Shown here: piece by piece, positions 1-9,196 of the stretch
How the letters are laid out: the number at the start of each line of letters is the position of its first letter
How positions within the stretch are numbered: the first letter of the stretch is position 1
Assembly: GCA_050049355.1 (NCBI GenBank)
Contig: JASFWK010000002.1
Span: 3,412 to 67,411 of the forward strand
Length of the DNA stretch: 64,000 nt
Source: Anaerolineae bacterium
GTDB taxonomy: Bacteria > Chloroflexota > Anaerolineae > B4-G1 > DUEL01
Direction: 5' to 3'
Translations under genes and position numbers: made by a program
Notes under the pieces: model-generated
Told to the model about the DNA's origin: nothing
Database searches by the model: none
What the model saw: only the letters and a program-made list of their open reading frames with translations

Positions 1-1
1 A

Positions 2-139
2 CCCATTGAGGAAGTGGTGGGAAGGCTCCTTTCGCACTACGACATCGCGGATATCAACGTGGACAACCCGCCGATGGAGGAGATCATTGCACGCATCTAC
101 GAAGCAGAGGCACAGCCAGAAGGCAGGCAGATCGCATGA
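2..139 (+). CDS. C-terminal fragment of a probable ABC transporter ATP-binding protein (5' end outside window)
   Basis: Frame is open from the window edge (...IEEVVGRLLSHYDIADINVDNPPMEEIIARIYEAEAQPEGRQIA*). Its TGA overlaps the ATG of the next gene (ATGA junction). Two ABC-2 type permease genes follow. Assignment rests mostly on context. Confidence 0.4.
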   Translation, partial: PIEEVVGRLLSHYDIADINVDNPPMEEIIARIYEAEAQPEGRQIA

Positions 140-924
140 TGCGCTACGCCTTCGTTCTCCGGACCGCTGCCCAGCGGCAGTTGACGTACCGAGCCGAGTT
201 CGCCATGCGTGCCATCTCGATGGTCCTCTTCATGGGGGTCTTCATCGCCCTGTGGACAGCCGCATTTGGGGTCAGCGGCCGAGCGGAGCTCGCCGGGTAT
301 TCGCTGGTGGAGGTAGTATGGTATCTGGCGATGACCGAGACGATCACCCTTTCCACCTCGCGGATCTTTGTCGAGATCAGTGAGGCAGTCAAGACAGGCG
401 ACCTGGCCTACACGCTGACGCGCCCTCTGAGCTACCCTCTCTTCCAGGTCGCCAACTCGCTGGGCAACTCCGCTCCACGCTTCGTTCTGAATCTGCTGAC
501 GGCGGGCGCCGTGGTGTGGTTGAGTATGGGCCAGGCAGTGAGCAGCCTGCCGGCGCTGGCTGCTTTTCTAGTAATGGCCGCTCTTGCGCTGCTGCTGGAC
601 GCGCTTATGGCCGTCCTCATTGGCTTGCTGGCTTTCTGGATCGAGGAGGTCACGCCGGTCTTCTGGATCTATCAGAAGCTCCTCTTCACGGTTGGGGGGA
701 TGTTCCTCCCACTGGAGATGTTTCCCGACTGGCTGCGGCGGGCGGTCATGTGGCTGCCTTTCCAGTTCATCACGTACGCCCCAGCGCGCACCTTCGTCGC
801 CTTCGAGCCCCAGTCCGCCCTGCGGGCGGCGATCGGACAGGTCGGTTATGTCGCTGGGCTAGCAGTGCTGATGGCACTCGTCTGGCGGCGGGCTCAACGG
901 CGGCTCGTGGTGCACGGAGGGTAG
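136..924 (+). CDS. ABC-2 family transporter permease
   Basis: 262-aa ORF with about 6 hydrophobic segments and an N-terminus (RYAFVLRTAAQRQLTYRAEFAMR) typical of ABC-2/DUF990-like permeases. Translationally coupled to its neighbours. Confidence 0.7.
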   Translation: MMRYAFVLRTAAQRQLTYRAEFAMRAISMVLFMGVFIALWTAAFGVSGRAELAGYSLVEVVWYLAMTETITLSTSRIFVEISEAVKTGDLAYTLTRPLSYPLFQVANSLGNSAPRFVLNLLTAGAVVWLSMGQAVSSLPALAAFLVMAALALLLDALMAVLIGLLAFWIEEVTPVFWIYQKLLFTVGGMFLPLEMFPDWLRRAVMWLPFQFITYAPARTFVAFEPQSALRAAIGQVGYVAGLAVLMALVWRRAQRRLVVHGG

Positions 925-927
925 GCA

Positions 928-1710
928 GTGAAGACGGCACGACTGGTGTTGGGCTACCTGCGGCACAACTTGATGTCCGCTATGGCCTACCGAGGCGCTT
1001 TCCTGATGCAGGTGGCTGGCATGATCCTCAATAACACGATGCTTCTCTTCTTCTGGTGGGTCCTCTTCAACCGGCTGCCCAACCTGCAGGGATGGGATCT
1101 GCGGGGCGTCATGATTCTCTATGCGATTGTGGCCTTCGGCTTTGGTGCAGCCAATGTGGTCTGCGGCAACGCCTTCAGGGTCGCTCAAGTCATCACCTCC
1201 GGCGATCTGGACTACTACCTTGCGCTCCCAGCCGATCCGCTGGTCCACCTGTTGGTCTCGCGGATGTCAATCTCCGCCTGGGGAGACATCCTCTTCGGTC
1301 TGGCGGTCTTCCTGACCGCCGCGTCGGACCGCTGGCAGGGCCTGCCAATGTTTCTGCTGGTGGGTCTGATCGCCGGTCTTATCCTGGTAGCCTTCAGCTC
1401 GCTGGTGGGATCGCTGGCCTTCTGGGTGGGCAACGCCGACAACCTGGCGACCCAGGCGATCAACGCGCTTATCACCTTCGGCCTATACCCAGTGGAGATC
1501 TTCCCCGGCCTGGTGCGAGTGCTGCTGTACACCCTGATCCCGGCCGCCTTCATTGGCTCCCTTCCGGCAGAGCTGCTGCGCGATTTCGACTGGAGAAGAT
1601 TGGCAATGCTGACAGCTTTCGCTCTGGGTATGGTCGCGGCAGCGCGAGCGGTCTTCCATTGGGGGCTGCGTCGCTACGAATCCGGAAACCTAGTGAGAGT
1701 GCGAGGGTAA
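928..1710 (+). CDS. ABC-2 family transporter permease (second subunit)
   Basis: 260-aa multi-pass membrane ORF starting 4 nt after the previous stop, paralogous in layout to 136-924. Confidence 0.7.
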   Translation: MKTARLVLGYLRHNLMSAMAYRGAFLMQVAGMILNNTMLLFFWWVLFNRLPNLQGWDLRGVMILYAIVAFGFGAANVVCGNAFRVAQVITSGDLDYYLALPADPLVHLLVSRMSISAWGDILFGLAVFLTAASDRWQGLPMFLLVGLIAGLILVAFSSLVGSLAFWVGNADNLATQAINALITFGLYPVEIFPGLVRVLLYTLIPAAFIGSLPAELLRDFDWRRLAMLTAFALGMVAAARAVFHWGLRRYESGNLVRVRG

Positions 1711-1737
1711 GGATGCGCCCGCGTAAGGAGAGGAATC

Positions 1738-2403
1738 TTGAGCGTTGCTCTAATGCGTCTCCTTGAATCCGCCCCAGCCCGGTACGATGTCGGCATTCGT
1801 CTGCTGACGCTAGGGGAGGTGGAGCGAGGCTACGATCGGCTGGCCAGCCGGATCGAGCCAGGCTGGCGGATACTGGACCTGGGGACGGGTACCGGTGCGC
1901 TCGCGCTACGCGCGGCGGCGCGAGAGGCCGAGGTGATTGCACTGGACGTGAACCCCGACATGCTGGAGCTGGCCCACCGCAAGGCCGAGGACGCTGGCCT
2001 GAGCGAGCGCATCACGTGGCGAGAGATGGGCGTGGCAGAGCTGGATGCCTTTGCTGATACTGCGTTCGACGCGATATGCTCCGGTCTATGCTTTTCGGAG
2101 CTGACCCCCGACGAGCGCCGCTATGCCCTGGGTCAGGCCCGACGGCTGCTCAGGCCTGGTGGATTGCTTCTGCTGGCCGATGAGGTCCGTCCGCCCCGGC
2201 TTGTGCCTCGTCTGGTGTACACAGCTTTGCGGGTTCCCTTGGCCGCCCTCACGTGGCTCCTCACCCAGACTACGAGCCACGCTGTGGACGACCTGCGCGG
2301 ATTGATCGAGTCGGCGGGGTTTGAGGTCGAACGGGTGCGGACGGCTCTGCTGGGCTCCTGGGCGGAGATTGTGGCGCGGCGGCCAGAAGAAGCTTTGGGT
2401 TAG
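1738..2403 (+). CDS. class I SAM-dependent methyltransferase
   Basis: 221-aa ORF with SAM-binding motif I (ILDLGTGTGALAL), an acidic loop (IALDVNPDM) and a post-I region (LLRPGGLLLLAD). TTG start as given in the ORF track. Confidence 0.8.
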   Translation: MSVALMRLLESAPARYDVGIRLLTLGEVERGYDRLASRIEPGWRILDLGTGTGALALRAAAREAEVIALDVNPDMLELAHRKAEDAGLSERITWREMGVAELDAFADTAFDAICSGLCFSELTPDERRYALGQARRLLRPGGLLLLADEVRPPRLVPRLVYTALRVPLAALTWLLTQTTSHAVDDLRGLIESAGFEVERVRTALLGSWAEIVARRPEEALG

Positions 2404-2430
2404 GAGGTCGTCTGGCAGTGTAGGGCCTGC

Positions 2431-2458
2431 TTGTAAGAACGAGAATCTGTGGTAGAAT
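2431..2458 (+). promoter_or_regulatory. candidate sigma-70-type promoter for tRNA-Phe (TTGTAA-N16-TAGAAT)
   Basis: TTGTAA at 2431-2436, 16-nt spacer ending in TGTGG, TAGAAT at 2453-2458, about 30 nt upstream of the tRNA. The same architecture occurs upstream of spoVS (43481-43508). Confidence 0.45.
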
Positions 2459-2490
2459 AGGCGTCAGAGAGTGGGAAATCCCACCTCCCG

Positions 2491-2564
2491 GCCGAGGTAG
2501 CTCAGCCTGGTAGAGCACCTGACTGAAAATCAGGGTGTCCCCAGTTCAAATCTGGGCCTCGGCA
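2491..2564 (+). tRNA. tRNA-Phe (anticodon GAA)
   Basis: Folds by hand into a 74-nt cloverleaf. Acceptor GCCGAGG/CCTCGGC, D arm GCTC/GAGC, anticodon stem CCTGA/TCAGG with loop CTGAAAA. T arm CCCAG-TTCAAAT-CTGGG, discriminator A. CCA is not encoded. Confidence 0.95.
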
Positions 2565-2575
2565 CTCTGACCACT

Positions 2576-2597
2576 GACCCGCCTTTTTGGGCGGGTC
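2576..2597 (+). terminator. stem-loop downstream of tRNA-Phe (possible intrinsic or bidirectional terminator)
   Basis: GACCCGCC-tttttg-GGCGGGTC perfect 8-bp GC-rich stem followed by a weak CCTTTCAT tract. It also lies at the 3' end of the long minus-strand gene array. Confidence 0.5.
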
Positions 2598-2768
2598 CCT
2601 TTCATCTGTGGCCCCAGACGTCTGCCTCCTACCCGGAGTGAGACAACTCCAGCGGTGCTGACGAACTCAGGGTAGATCATGCACGCGCTGGAGGGCGTGA
2701 TCGGCTCACCGTGGATCCTATCGAACGAGCGCAAGGGGCGGTGGGGAGGCGCGAGGAGAGCTACGGGG

Positions 2769-3077
2769 CTAATCCACGAGGCTACCCCCGGCTATCATGG
2801 CCATCAGGAGCACGTCGTCGCCCTCGTTCAGCGGTGTATCAAGCCGGTCATGGGGGACCCATTCCTCCCCGTTGACCAGTACCTGGACCACTGGGTCCAG
2901 CCCACCCTCCTCATCGAGGAGCGCTTGTCTGGCCTTGCGGCCATACCGTGCGATCAGATGCTCAATCAGATCACTGACCGTTTCTCCCGCGAACTCCACC
3001 TCCAGCTCTCGGCGGCCTATGGCCTGAGGCAGCACCGGCAGAAGGATCTTCAGATTCACCTTCATCTGGCTTCCCAC
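2769..3077 (-). CDS. MoaD/ThiS-family ubiquitin-like small protein
   Basis: About 100 aa with beta-grasp-like sequence (MKVNLKILLP...VLVNGEEW...GDDVLLMAMIAGG then SLVD). The GG lies near the C-terminus. An alternative ATG at 3065 gives MKVNLK. MoaD-like genes are known companions of bacterial AOR operons. Confidence 0.7.
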   Translation of the reverse strand: MGSQMKVNLKILLPVLPQAIGRRELEVEFAGETVSDLIEHLIARYGRKARQALLDEEGGLDPVVQVLVNGEEWVPHDRLDTPLNEGDDVLLMAMIAGGSLVD

Positions 3078-3084
3078 ATGGTGT

Positions 3085-3564
3085 CTACTGAACCGCCTTC
3101 CGTCGACTTCCCACCGCCAGTCCCTTCACCCTCCGTCCAACGCGATACTGCCGGCACCGAGGGCAGAGCGTCAGGAGTTCCTGGCTGGCTTCCCCGAGTG
3201 TCCGCTTCAGGTACTCTACAGCGTACGAGGGGCAGATATGCGCACTGCAGCCGCGGCAGAACGAGCCGTACTTCGCGCGTCCTGTTTCGACGGAGAGTCG
3301 GCGCGCCGCTCTGATGAAGTCACGAAACCGTACGCCGGCCGGGCACAGGTTGGTGCATAGATCGCAGGTCAGGCAGAGCCAGATCCCCGCGTGGCCCACC
3401 ATCTCCAAGCCCAGCAAGGCTCGCCTGACTACCCCGCGCGCCGAATGCTCAGACGAGAAGCCATCCAGGATCTCTCTCATCGGGCAGGCGGCGACACACT
3501 TGCCGCACTCCACGCAAAGTGAGAGTCCATATCGGTCTACGAGTCGCTGTGTGGAATCCAACAT
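3085..3564 (-). CDS. 4Fe-4S dicluster protein (HdrC/succinate-dehydrogenase-C-like) with C-terminal Cys-rich tail
   Basis: Two ferredoxin motifs CVECGKCVAACP and CLTCDLCTNLCP, plus extra CRGC...CPRC pairs near the C-terminus. Confidence 0.7.
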   Translation of the reverse strand: MLDSTQRLVDRYGLSLCVECGKCVAACPMREILDGFSSEHSARGVVRRALLGLEMVGHAGIWLCLTCDLCTNLCPAGVRFRDFIRAARRLSVETGRAKYGSFCRGCSAHICPSYAVEYLKRTLGEASQELLTLCPRCRQYRVGRRVKGLAVGSRRKAVQ

Positions 3565-3616
3565 CTGACGGTGCAGTCCTCTCTCAACTCACAGCGGCGT
3601 ATTCAAGCAAGCACTC

Positions 3617-4237
3617 CTACGCGAAGAACGCCCGTGCGCCATCAATGATGAACTTGCCACTGAAGTATAGAAGAAGAACTCCGCATGCTGCAAAGACAAC
3701 CTGCTGGAATCTCTTGCCGAAGAATCGCCCACCCCTGAAAGACAGGGCTGACAGAAAGTAGCCCCATAGGAAATCGCACAGCCAGTGAAGCAGCGCAAAG
3801 GCCAAGAAGCCCAACGCGCCAAAGCTGACAGAACGCAGAATCAGCGTGGCCCCCACAGTCGCCCACCAAACGATGAAGTATGGATTTGCCAGGCTCAGGA
3901 CCATCCCAGCTACCAGCGGAGAACGGGCATACTTCCTTGAACTGACGTCAGCTTGCTTGATGTTGCGGAACATGTCAATGCTCATGAACAGTAGAAACAG
4001 TCCGCCTACACAAGCAATCGCTGCCTTCACGTGCAACTGGTCGAGCAAGTACCCCACCCCATAGAAGATGGACACCATCAGCGGGAACTCGACCACTCCG
4101 TGACCTATCGCAATCCATGCCCCTGCATGGGGGGACTCGCTTCCTTTCCCCACCGTCACGGCGGTGATGGGCCCGGGGGCCATGACGCCAGAGAGTGAGA
4201 TGAGCACAGCGTCAAGAAGAAAGGCAAGAAGAGGCAT
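3617..4237 (-). CDS. LysE/RhtB-family amino-acid (or small-molecule) exporter
   Basis: 206-aa, about 6 TM segments, N-terminal signature LLDAVLISLSGVMAPGPITAV typical of the LysE family. Confidence 0.75.
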   Translation of the reverse strand: MPLLAFLLDAVLISLSGVMAPGPITAVTVGKGSESPHAGAWIAIGHGVVEFPLMVSIFYGVGYLLDQLHVKAAIACVGGLFLLFMSIDMFRNIKQADVSSRKYARSPLVAGMVLSLANPYFIVWWATVGATLILRSVSFGALGFLAFALLHWLCDFLWGYFLSALSFRGGRFFGKRFQQVVFAACGVLLLYFSGKFIIDGARAFFA

Positions 4238-4289
4238 ACCTACTCTCTGTCCCGTTCCGCCGGAACACCTGATCCCGCTTCCGCCGCCC

Positions 4290-6263
4290 TCACGCCGCCT
4301 CTCGTATCTCGTCCACTGCCTCCGGGTTCACCAGCGCACTCAGGTCACCCGGCGGCTCCCCCAGATAGGCACTCCGAATGACCCGCCGCATCACCTTGGC
4401 GTTGCGCGTCTTGGGTATATCGTGTACGAAACGCACTGCCTTGGGCGCAAGTGGCTTCCCCAGCTCCTTCGCTACCCGACTCTCCAGTTCGTCTCGCAAG
4501 CTCTCGCCGGGTTCGAAGGTGGGCTGCAGCACGACGAAGCCCACCACTGCCTGTCCCTTGATCTCGTCGGGCACACCTATCGCCGCCGCCTCCGCGACCC
4601 CCGGATGGCTCACCAACACGTTCTCCACCTCTGCCGGCCCCACCCGCTTCCCGGCTACTTTGATCGTGTCATCCGAGCGGCCCAGGATGTAGTAGAGCCC
4701 ATCCTCGTCGATCGCGGCGAAGTCGCCGTGGACCCACACGTCAGGAATTCGGCTCCAGTACGTCTCCAGATATCGCTGCGGGTCTTTCCAGAAGCCACGC
4801 GTCATGCCGATCCACGGCTGGCGCACCACCAGCTCTCCCACCTCTCCCCGCAGCGGATTGCCCTCTTCGTCCACAACATCGGCAGCCATGCCGGGAGGCG
4901 GCCCAGAGAACGCGCACGGCTTCAGCGGGCGAACCACGTTCCCCAGAACGATACCCCCGCTGATCTCGGTTCCTCCCGAATAGTTGATGATCGGCACCTG
5001 ACCATGCCCAACAGTTTCGAAGAACCACCGCCAAGGGCCCGGGTTCCACGCCTCACCTGTCGAGCCCAGGATGCGCAGTGAACTCAGATCATGGCGCAGT
5101 ACCGGCCCGTCGCCGTGGGGCATGATCGCTCGCACGAATGTGGGCGCGACTCCCAGGCAGGTCACGCTGTGCCGCTCCACCAGGGCCCACACCCGATCCA
5201 CCTCCGGGTAGTCAGGCGCGCCGTCGTAGAGAAGCATAGTGGCTCCCAGAATCAGCACACCGAAAACCTCCCACGGGCCCATCATCCACCCCATGTCCGT
5301 CATCCAGAACATGGTGTCGAACTCCTGGATGTCGAATCCATGCGCCATGTCCTGTGCGCTCTTGATGGGAAAGCCACAGTGAGTGTGAACCGCTCCCTTG
5401 GGCCGGCCGGTGGTACCGCTGGTGTAGATGATCATGATCAGGTCTTCCGCGTCGGTGCGCTCGGTGACAGCCTCCGCTGGCTGGCCAGCAACGAAATCCT
5501 TCCACCAGACGTCACGTCCAGAGGACGCATCCATCGGCACGTCGAACCCTGCATGCCGATAGACGATCACCTTCTCAACCGACGGAACCTCAGCCAGCGC
5601 CTCATCGGCAACCGGCTTCATCCGTATGGGCTTCCCCCGCCTGAACATTCCATCAGCGGTGAAGATCGCTTTGGCCTCCGCATCGGCAAGCCGAGTCGCC
5701 ACGGCACCGGGCCCATACCCAGAGAAGAGAGGCAGAATCACACCTCCGATCTTCGCAATCGCCAGCAGCGCAACCGCTATCTCCGGCACCATCGGCATAT
5801 ACAGACCGATGGCGTCCCCTTTCCCAAACCCGGCTTCTCGCAACGCCGAGGCCACCCGGTTGACCTCGCGGAAGAGGTCGCGATACGTCAGCAGCCGAAC
5901 AGCCCCCCCCTCTCCCTCCCAGCGGATCGCAACCCTGTTCTGCGTCGGGGTGTCCATCCATTTGTCGAGGCAGTTGTGGACAATATTGAGCTTGCCCCCC
6001 ACACACCAGTCGGGCCACTGGATACCACGCGATAGGTCCACAACCTGGGAATACGGTTCGTAGAACTCAATACCCAGATCCTCGAAAACTGCTTCCCAGA
6101 ACCAGGCGATATCAGTGGTGGAACGCTCCATCAACTCTTCGAACGTGGCCAGGTCGTGCCGCCCCATGAATCGTCTGAGCCGGCTCCGCTGCAGGTGCTC
6201 CTCGCTGGGTCGCCAGACAACCGGCTGGTTGAACGGAAACTGTGCCTGTGATGCCATGGTCAT
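4290..6263 (-). CDS. AMP-forming acyl-CoA synthetase of the acetate/propionate/acetoacetate-CoA ligase type
   Basis: 657 aa with AMP-binding motifs YTSGTTGRPKG, GEAW...YSGGTEISG, DGLYYILGRSDDTIKVAGKRVG and an ACS-type N-terminal extension. Its start overlaps the upstream stop (ATGA at 6260-6263). Confidence 0.85.
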   Translation of the reverse strand: MTMASQAQFPFNQPVVWRPSEEHLQRSRLRRFMGRHDLATFEELMERSTTDIAWFWEAVFEDLGIEFYEPYSQVVDLSRGIQWPDWCVGGKLNIVHNCLDKWMDTPTQNRVAIRWEGEGGAVRLLTYRDLFREVNRVASALREAGFGKGDAIGLYMPMVPEIAVALLAIAKIGGVILPLFSGYGPGAVATRLADAEAKAIFTADGMFRRGKPIRMKPVADEALAEVPSVEKVIVYRHAGFDVPMDASSGRDVWWKDFVAGQPAEAVTERTDAEDLIMIIYTSGTTGRPKGAVHTHCGFPIKSAQDMAHGFDIQEFDTMFWMTDMGWMMGPWEVFGVLILGATMLLYDGAPDYPEVDRVWALVERHSVTCLGVAPTFVRAIMPHGDGPVLRHDLSSLRILGSTGEAWNPGPWRWFFETVGHGQVPIINYSGGTEISGGIVLGNVVRPLKPCAFSGPPPGMAADVVDEEGNPLRGEVGELVVRQPWIGMTRGFWKDPQRYLETYWSRIPDVWVHGDFAAIDEDGLYYILGRSDDTIKVAGKRVGPAEVENVLVSHPGVAEAAAIGVPDEIKGQAVVGFVVLQPTFEPGESLRDELESRVAKELGKPLAPKAVRFVHDIPKTRNAKVMRRVIRSAYLGEPPGDLSALVNPEAVDEIREAA

Positions 6264-6769
6264 CCTCCTTCTTCCACGTGACCTGACTCGCGGATCTCAT
6301 CCTTCGCCCTGGCTAACCGCGATGCATACTCAATGACGCTTGCCTGCTGTGCCCGAGGGGCGATAGAACCCGGACGGCGGACACGCACCTCAGTCATCGC
6401 CTCCTCCGCCCCCCACCCCTGACTCACCAGGTAGCAGGCCAACATCGTCCCCGTACGGCCGTAGCCACCTGCGCAGTGCGCCAGCACCCCCCGCCTTTGA
6501 GCCAGCATCTCGTCCACGAATCTGACAAACTGATCGATTTGAGCCTGGCTCGGTGCGGTCTCGTCCGCGATGGGAATGTGCCGATAGGTGAAACCCCATG
6601 AGTCAATCCGGTGCAGCAGCAGCTTCTCCCGCCGCAGCGAACGCTCCGTCAGCGACACGATGGCTGCTATCCCTCGCTCCCGCAGCCAGGCCAGCTGCTG
6701 CTGGTGAATGGGGCGGCCGCTGCCCGCCAACCGTCCTTCGATCAACCAGCCGAAGTTCGCTATTCGCAC
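6260..6769 (-). CDS. dual-specificity/tyrosine protein phosphatase-like protein
   Basis: 169 aa with the CX5R P-loop HCAGGYGRTG. GTG start 1 nt after the upstream stop, and its stop overlaps the next start, so it is translationally coupled within the AOR operon. Confidence 0.75.
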   Translation of the reverse strand: MRIANFGWLIEGRLAGSGRPIHQQQLAWLRERGIAAIVSLTERSLRREKLLLHRIDSWGFTYRHIPIADETAPSQAQIDQFVRFVDEMLAQRRGVLAHCAGGYGRTGTMLACYLVSQGWGAEEAMTEVRVRRPGSIAPRAQQASVIEYASRLARAKDEIRESGHVEEGG

Positions 6770-6770
6770 G

Positions 6771-7271
6771 TCAGGTCCCCCATGACCTGGCGACGAACGA
6801 CTTCCTCATCACTTCAGAGAGCCTCTGCCCGGCATCTCGCTTCTTCACCAGGTTCACCAAGGTGGCAGCCACAAACTGGAGGGCACCGGGATCACAGAAG
6901 CGGACGCAGACCGGATCCCCGTCGCACAAGTCGCACTTGATGACCTGCCGGGTCGCGGTGTCGATCCCCATCCCGCCGAACGGACAGGCGGTCACGCACA
7001 GCTTGCAGCCGATGCATAGGTCATAGGTCAGCGCCACCCGGCCCAGGACGGGATCACGGGACAGTGCGTCCTTGGGGCAGACGGCCACACAGGGCGCGTC
7101 CTCACACTGCTGGCACAACATCGGCAGTTCGAACCCCTCCCGCGGCCACTTTATGACGTGTATGCGGGAACGGCTGGGGCTGTTGACACCCGTGTGCTTA
7201 ACCGAGCAGACCATCTCGCATAGCCGGCAGCCGGTACACCTCTCGTGGTTCACTATCAGTATCTTCTGCAC
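6771..7271 (-). CDS. polyferredoxin-like electron-transfer subunit (four [4Fe-4S] motifs; AorA/HycB/DmsB-like)
   Basis: 166 aa with Cys motifs CTGCRLCEMVC, CQQCEDAPCVAVCP, CIGCKLCVTACP and CDLCDGDPVCVRFC. Starts 9 nt downstream of the AOR gene. Confidence 0.85.
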   Translation of the reverse strand: MQKILIVNHERCTGCRLCEMVCSVKHTGVNSPSRSRIHVIKWPREGFELPMLCQQCEDAPCVAVCPKDALSRDPVLGRVALTYDLCIGCKLCVTACPFGGMGIDTATRQVIKCDLCDGDPVCVRFCDPGALQFVAATLVNLVKKRDAGQRLSEVMRKSFVARSWGT

Positions 7272-7280
7272 GCCAGTCTC

Positions 7281-9185
7281 CTACAGCATATGGGACGGCT
7301 CGCCGTCCAGCCCCAGCTCTTCCACGGTCCCAGGTCGGGGCACACCGTTCTCATCCCAACCGTGGAGCTCGTAGTACTCCGCTATCATCTGCTTGAACTT
7401 CTCGCGGTCCAGCGCCTTGTCTCTCGCAATCGGCAGGCCTAGAGGAGTCGCCTCATCGAAGTATCGGTCCACCAGCCAGTCGTCCGCCCGCGTGAGCCCT
7501 TCCCGAATGTTGAACATCCGTTCGAGAGTGTAGCCCCGGTCGGCGATCTCCCAAATCTCCTCCGGTGGTAACTCCAGGCCGGTGTTGTAGTAGATCAGTT
7601 TGGAGAGTTCCTCGAAGCCGATCAGGTTGGGACTGAGGAAGATTGTGTGGAACTTGCAGATGCCGGCGGAGTCAATCGCCTGGTACATCATCTCCTGCCA
7701 CTGGACCATGCGGGCCTTTCCCTCGTACGAGGCGTAGTCGGACGACAGCGGGCCATCGTACGGCTGGGGACCACCATATATATCGCGCAGCAGATGATCA
7801 GGCAGGTGGTAGAGGTCTATCGCCGGCCGGCTCCGCAGGTGATCGGAGCCTCGCGAGGCAGTGGCGATGCCCAATGCCAGCGACGGCGTGGGACGCTCGT
7901 CGGAATGCAGGTTGCTCAACCCCTTGACGTGAATGCAGTACTTCAGTGCGTCGTGACCGATCTTCTCGGCAGCCCGCAGCGGCCCCTCGGCCAGGACGTC
8001 GCCAAGCCCCTCGCGCTCGGCGATGCGCGTGACCATCTCGAGTACCGCCTCGTCGTTTCCCCACTCCAGCCTCAGACCATCGGTATCCGCGTCGGTCAGG
8101 ATGCCCTTCTCATAGAGCTCCATCGCCCAGGCGATCATGCTTCCGGTCTCTATTGTGTCCATCCCGTAGGTGTTAACCAGGTGATTGCCGATCAAGATGG
8201 TCTCGAAGTTGTTGCAGCCGACCTCCATGCCGAAGGCACCCTGACTGGTGTATTCGGGTCCCTCGGCGTAGGTCCCGGCATAATCCCCGTCCCTGAGCAG
8301 GTACTTGTGTCGGCAGTGGATGATGCAGCCGTAGCACCCCTCCGTGCCCAGCGCATATTCCTCAATGTGTTCACATTCGATGTTCCCGCCTACCTGTTGG
8401 TTAAGTTGAAAGTTGCGGACGCGCACCAAGCCGGTGGTATTGGTGATCCCATAGATGAACATGGTGCCCCACTTCTGCATGATCTGGGCGAACTTCGTCC
8501 CGGCGATGTGCTTGAGAAGCTCTGCATTGTACTCCAGCGCCTCCTCGGGAAAGCGAATCTCAATGCCCATCGTGCCCCGGACGGCGATGGCCTTGAGGTT
8601 CTTGGAGCCCATCACCGCTCCCATCCCTGTCCGACCGGCGGCGTTCTTCATGCCGGTCATCACGGCAGCGAATCGTACCAAGTTCTCGCCGGCCACTCCG
8701 ATGCACAGGGCCTTGATCTCGGGGTCGCCCAACTCCTCCTCGAGGAGCTCCTGCACTGTGGGGATATCCTCGCCCCAGAGGTGAGAAGCATCGCGGATCT
8801 CGATTTCGCCATCGTGGATCCAGAGGTAAACAGGACTGGCGGCCTTCCCCTTGATAACCACGTGGTCGAAGCCGGCGAAACGGAGTTCGGGACCGAAGAA
8901 GCCGCCCACGTTGGAGCTGCCGATGAAGCCAGTCAGCGGCGACCTGGCTCCCATGTGCGTCCGGGCCGCAGCCGAAGCCAGCGTGCCCACCAGCAGTCCG
9001 GCGCTGACCGTGAGGACGTTGTCCGGACCCAGCGGGTCAACGCCGGGCTCCAAGTGGTTATACAGCAGGTACGTATCCAGCCCCCGCCCACCCAAATACA
9101 GTTCCCGCATCTCGACGGGGATGGAGGCGGTCTCAACCTTGCCGCTGGAGAGGTCTACATACGCGATCCGGCGATCGAGCGCCAT
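7281..9185 (-). CDS. aor: aldehyde:ferredoxin oxidoreductase family tungsto/molybdopterin enzyme
   Basis: 634 aa. The N-terminal domain (GGRGLDTYLL...SPLTGF...GFDHVVIKGKA...IEIRDASHLWG...GENLVRFAAV...GMGAVMGSKNLKAIAV) and the cluster/pterin region (CYGCIIHC, EGPEYT, IDSAGICKF) match AOR-family hallmarks. Confidence 0.9.
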   Translation of the reverse strand: MALDRRIAYVDLSSGKVETASIPVEMRELYLGGRGLDTYLLYNHLEPGVDPLGPDNVLTVSAGLLVGTLASAAARTHMGARSPLTGFIGSSNVGGFFGPELRFAGFDHVVIKGKAASPVYLWIHDGEIEIRDASHLWGEDIPTVQELLEEELGDPEIKALCIGVAGENLVRFAAVMTGMKNAAGRTGMGAVMGSKNLKAIAVRGTMGIEIRFPEEALEYNAELLKHIAGTKFAQIMQKWGTMFIYGITNTTGLVRVRNFQLNQQVGGNIECEHIEEYALGTEGCYGCIIHCRHKYLLRDGDYAGTYAEGPEYTSQGAFGMEVGCNNFETILIGNHLVNTYGMDTIETGSMIAWAMELYEKGILTDADTDGLRLEWGNDEAVLEMVTRIAEREGLGDVLAEGPLRAAEKIGHDALKYCIHVKGLSNLHSDERPTPSLALGIATASRGSDHLRSRPAIDLYHLPDHLLRDIYGGPQPYDGPLSSDYASYEGKARMVQWQEMMYQAIDSAGICKFHTIFLSPNLIGFEELSKLIYYNTGLELPPEEIWEIADRGYTLERMFNIREGLTRADDWLVDRYFDEATPLGLPIARDKALDREKFKQMIAEYYELHGWDENGVPRPGTVEELGLDGEPSHML

Positions 9186-9196
9186 ACGTCTCCCCT

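Noticed and set aside
7281-9185. The AOR-family protein plus FeS partner as a class II benzoyl-CoA reductase core (BamB/BamC).
   Set aside because: The partner protein has four complete [4Fe-4S] motifs, like AorA or polyferredoxins. No BamD-I (Hdr/Nuo-like) genes accompany it, and a complete class I reductase is present. By eye the sequence resembles generic AORs at least as much as BamB. Phylogeny is needed to be certain.
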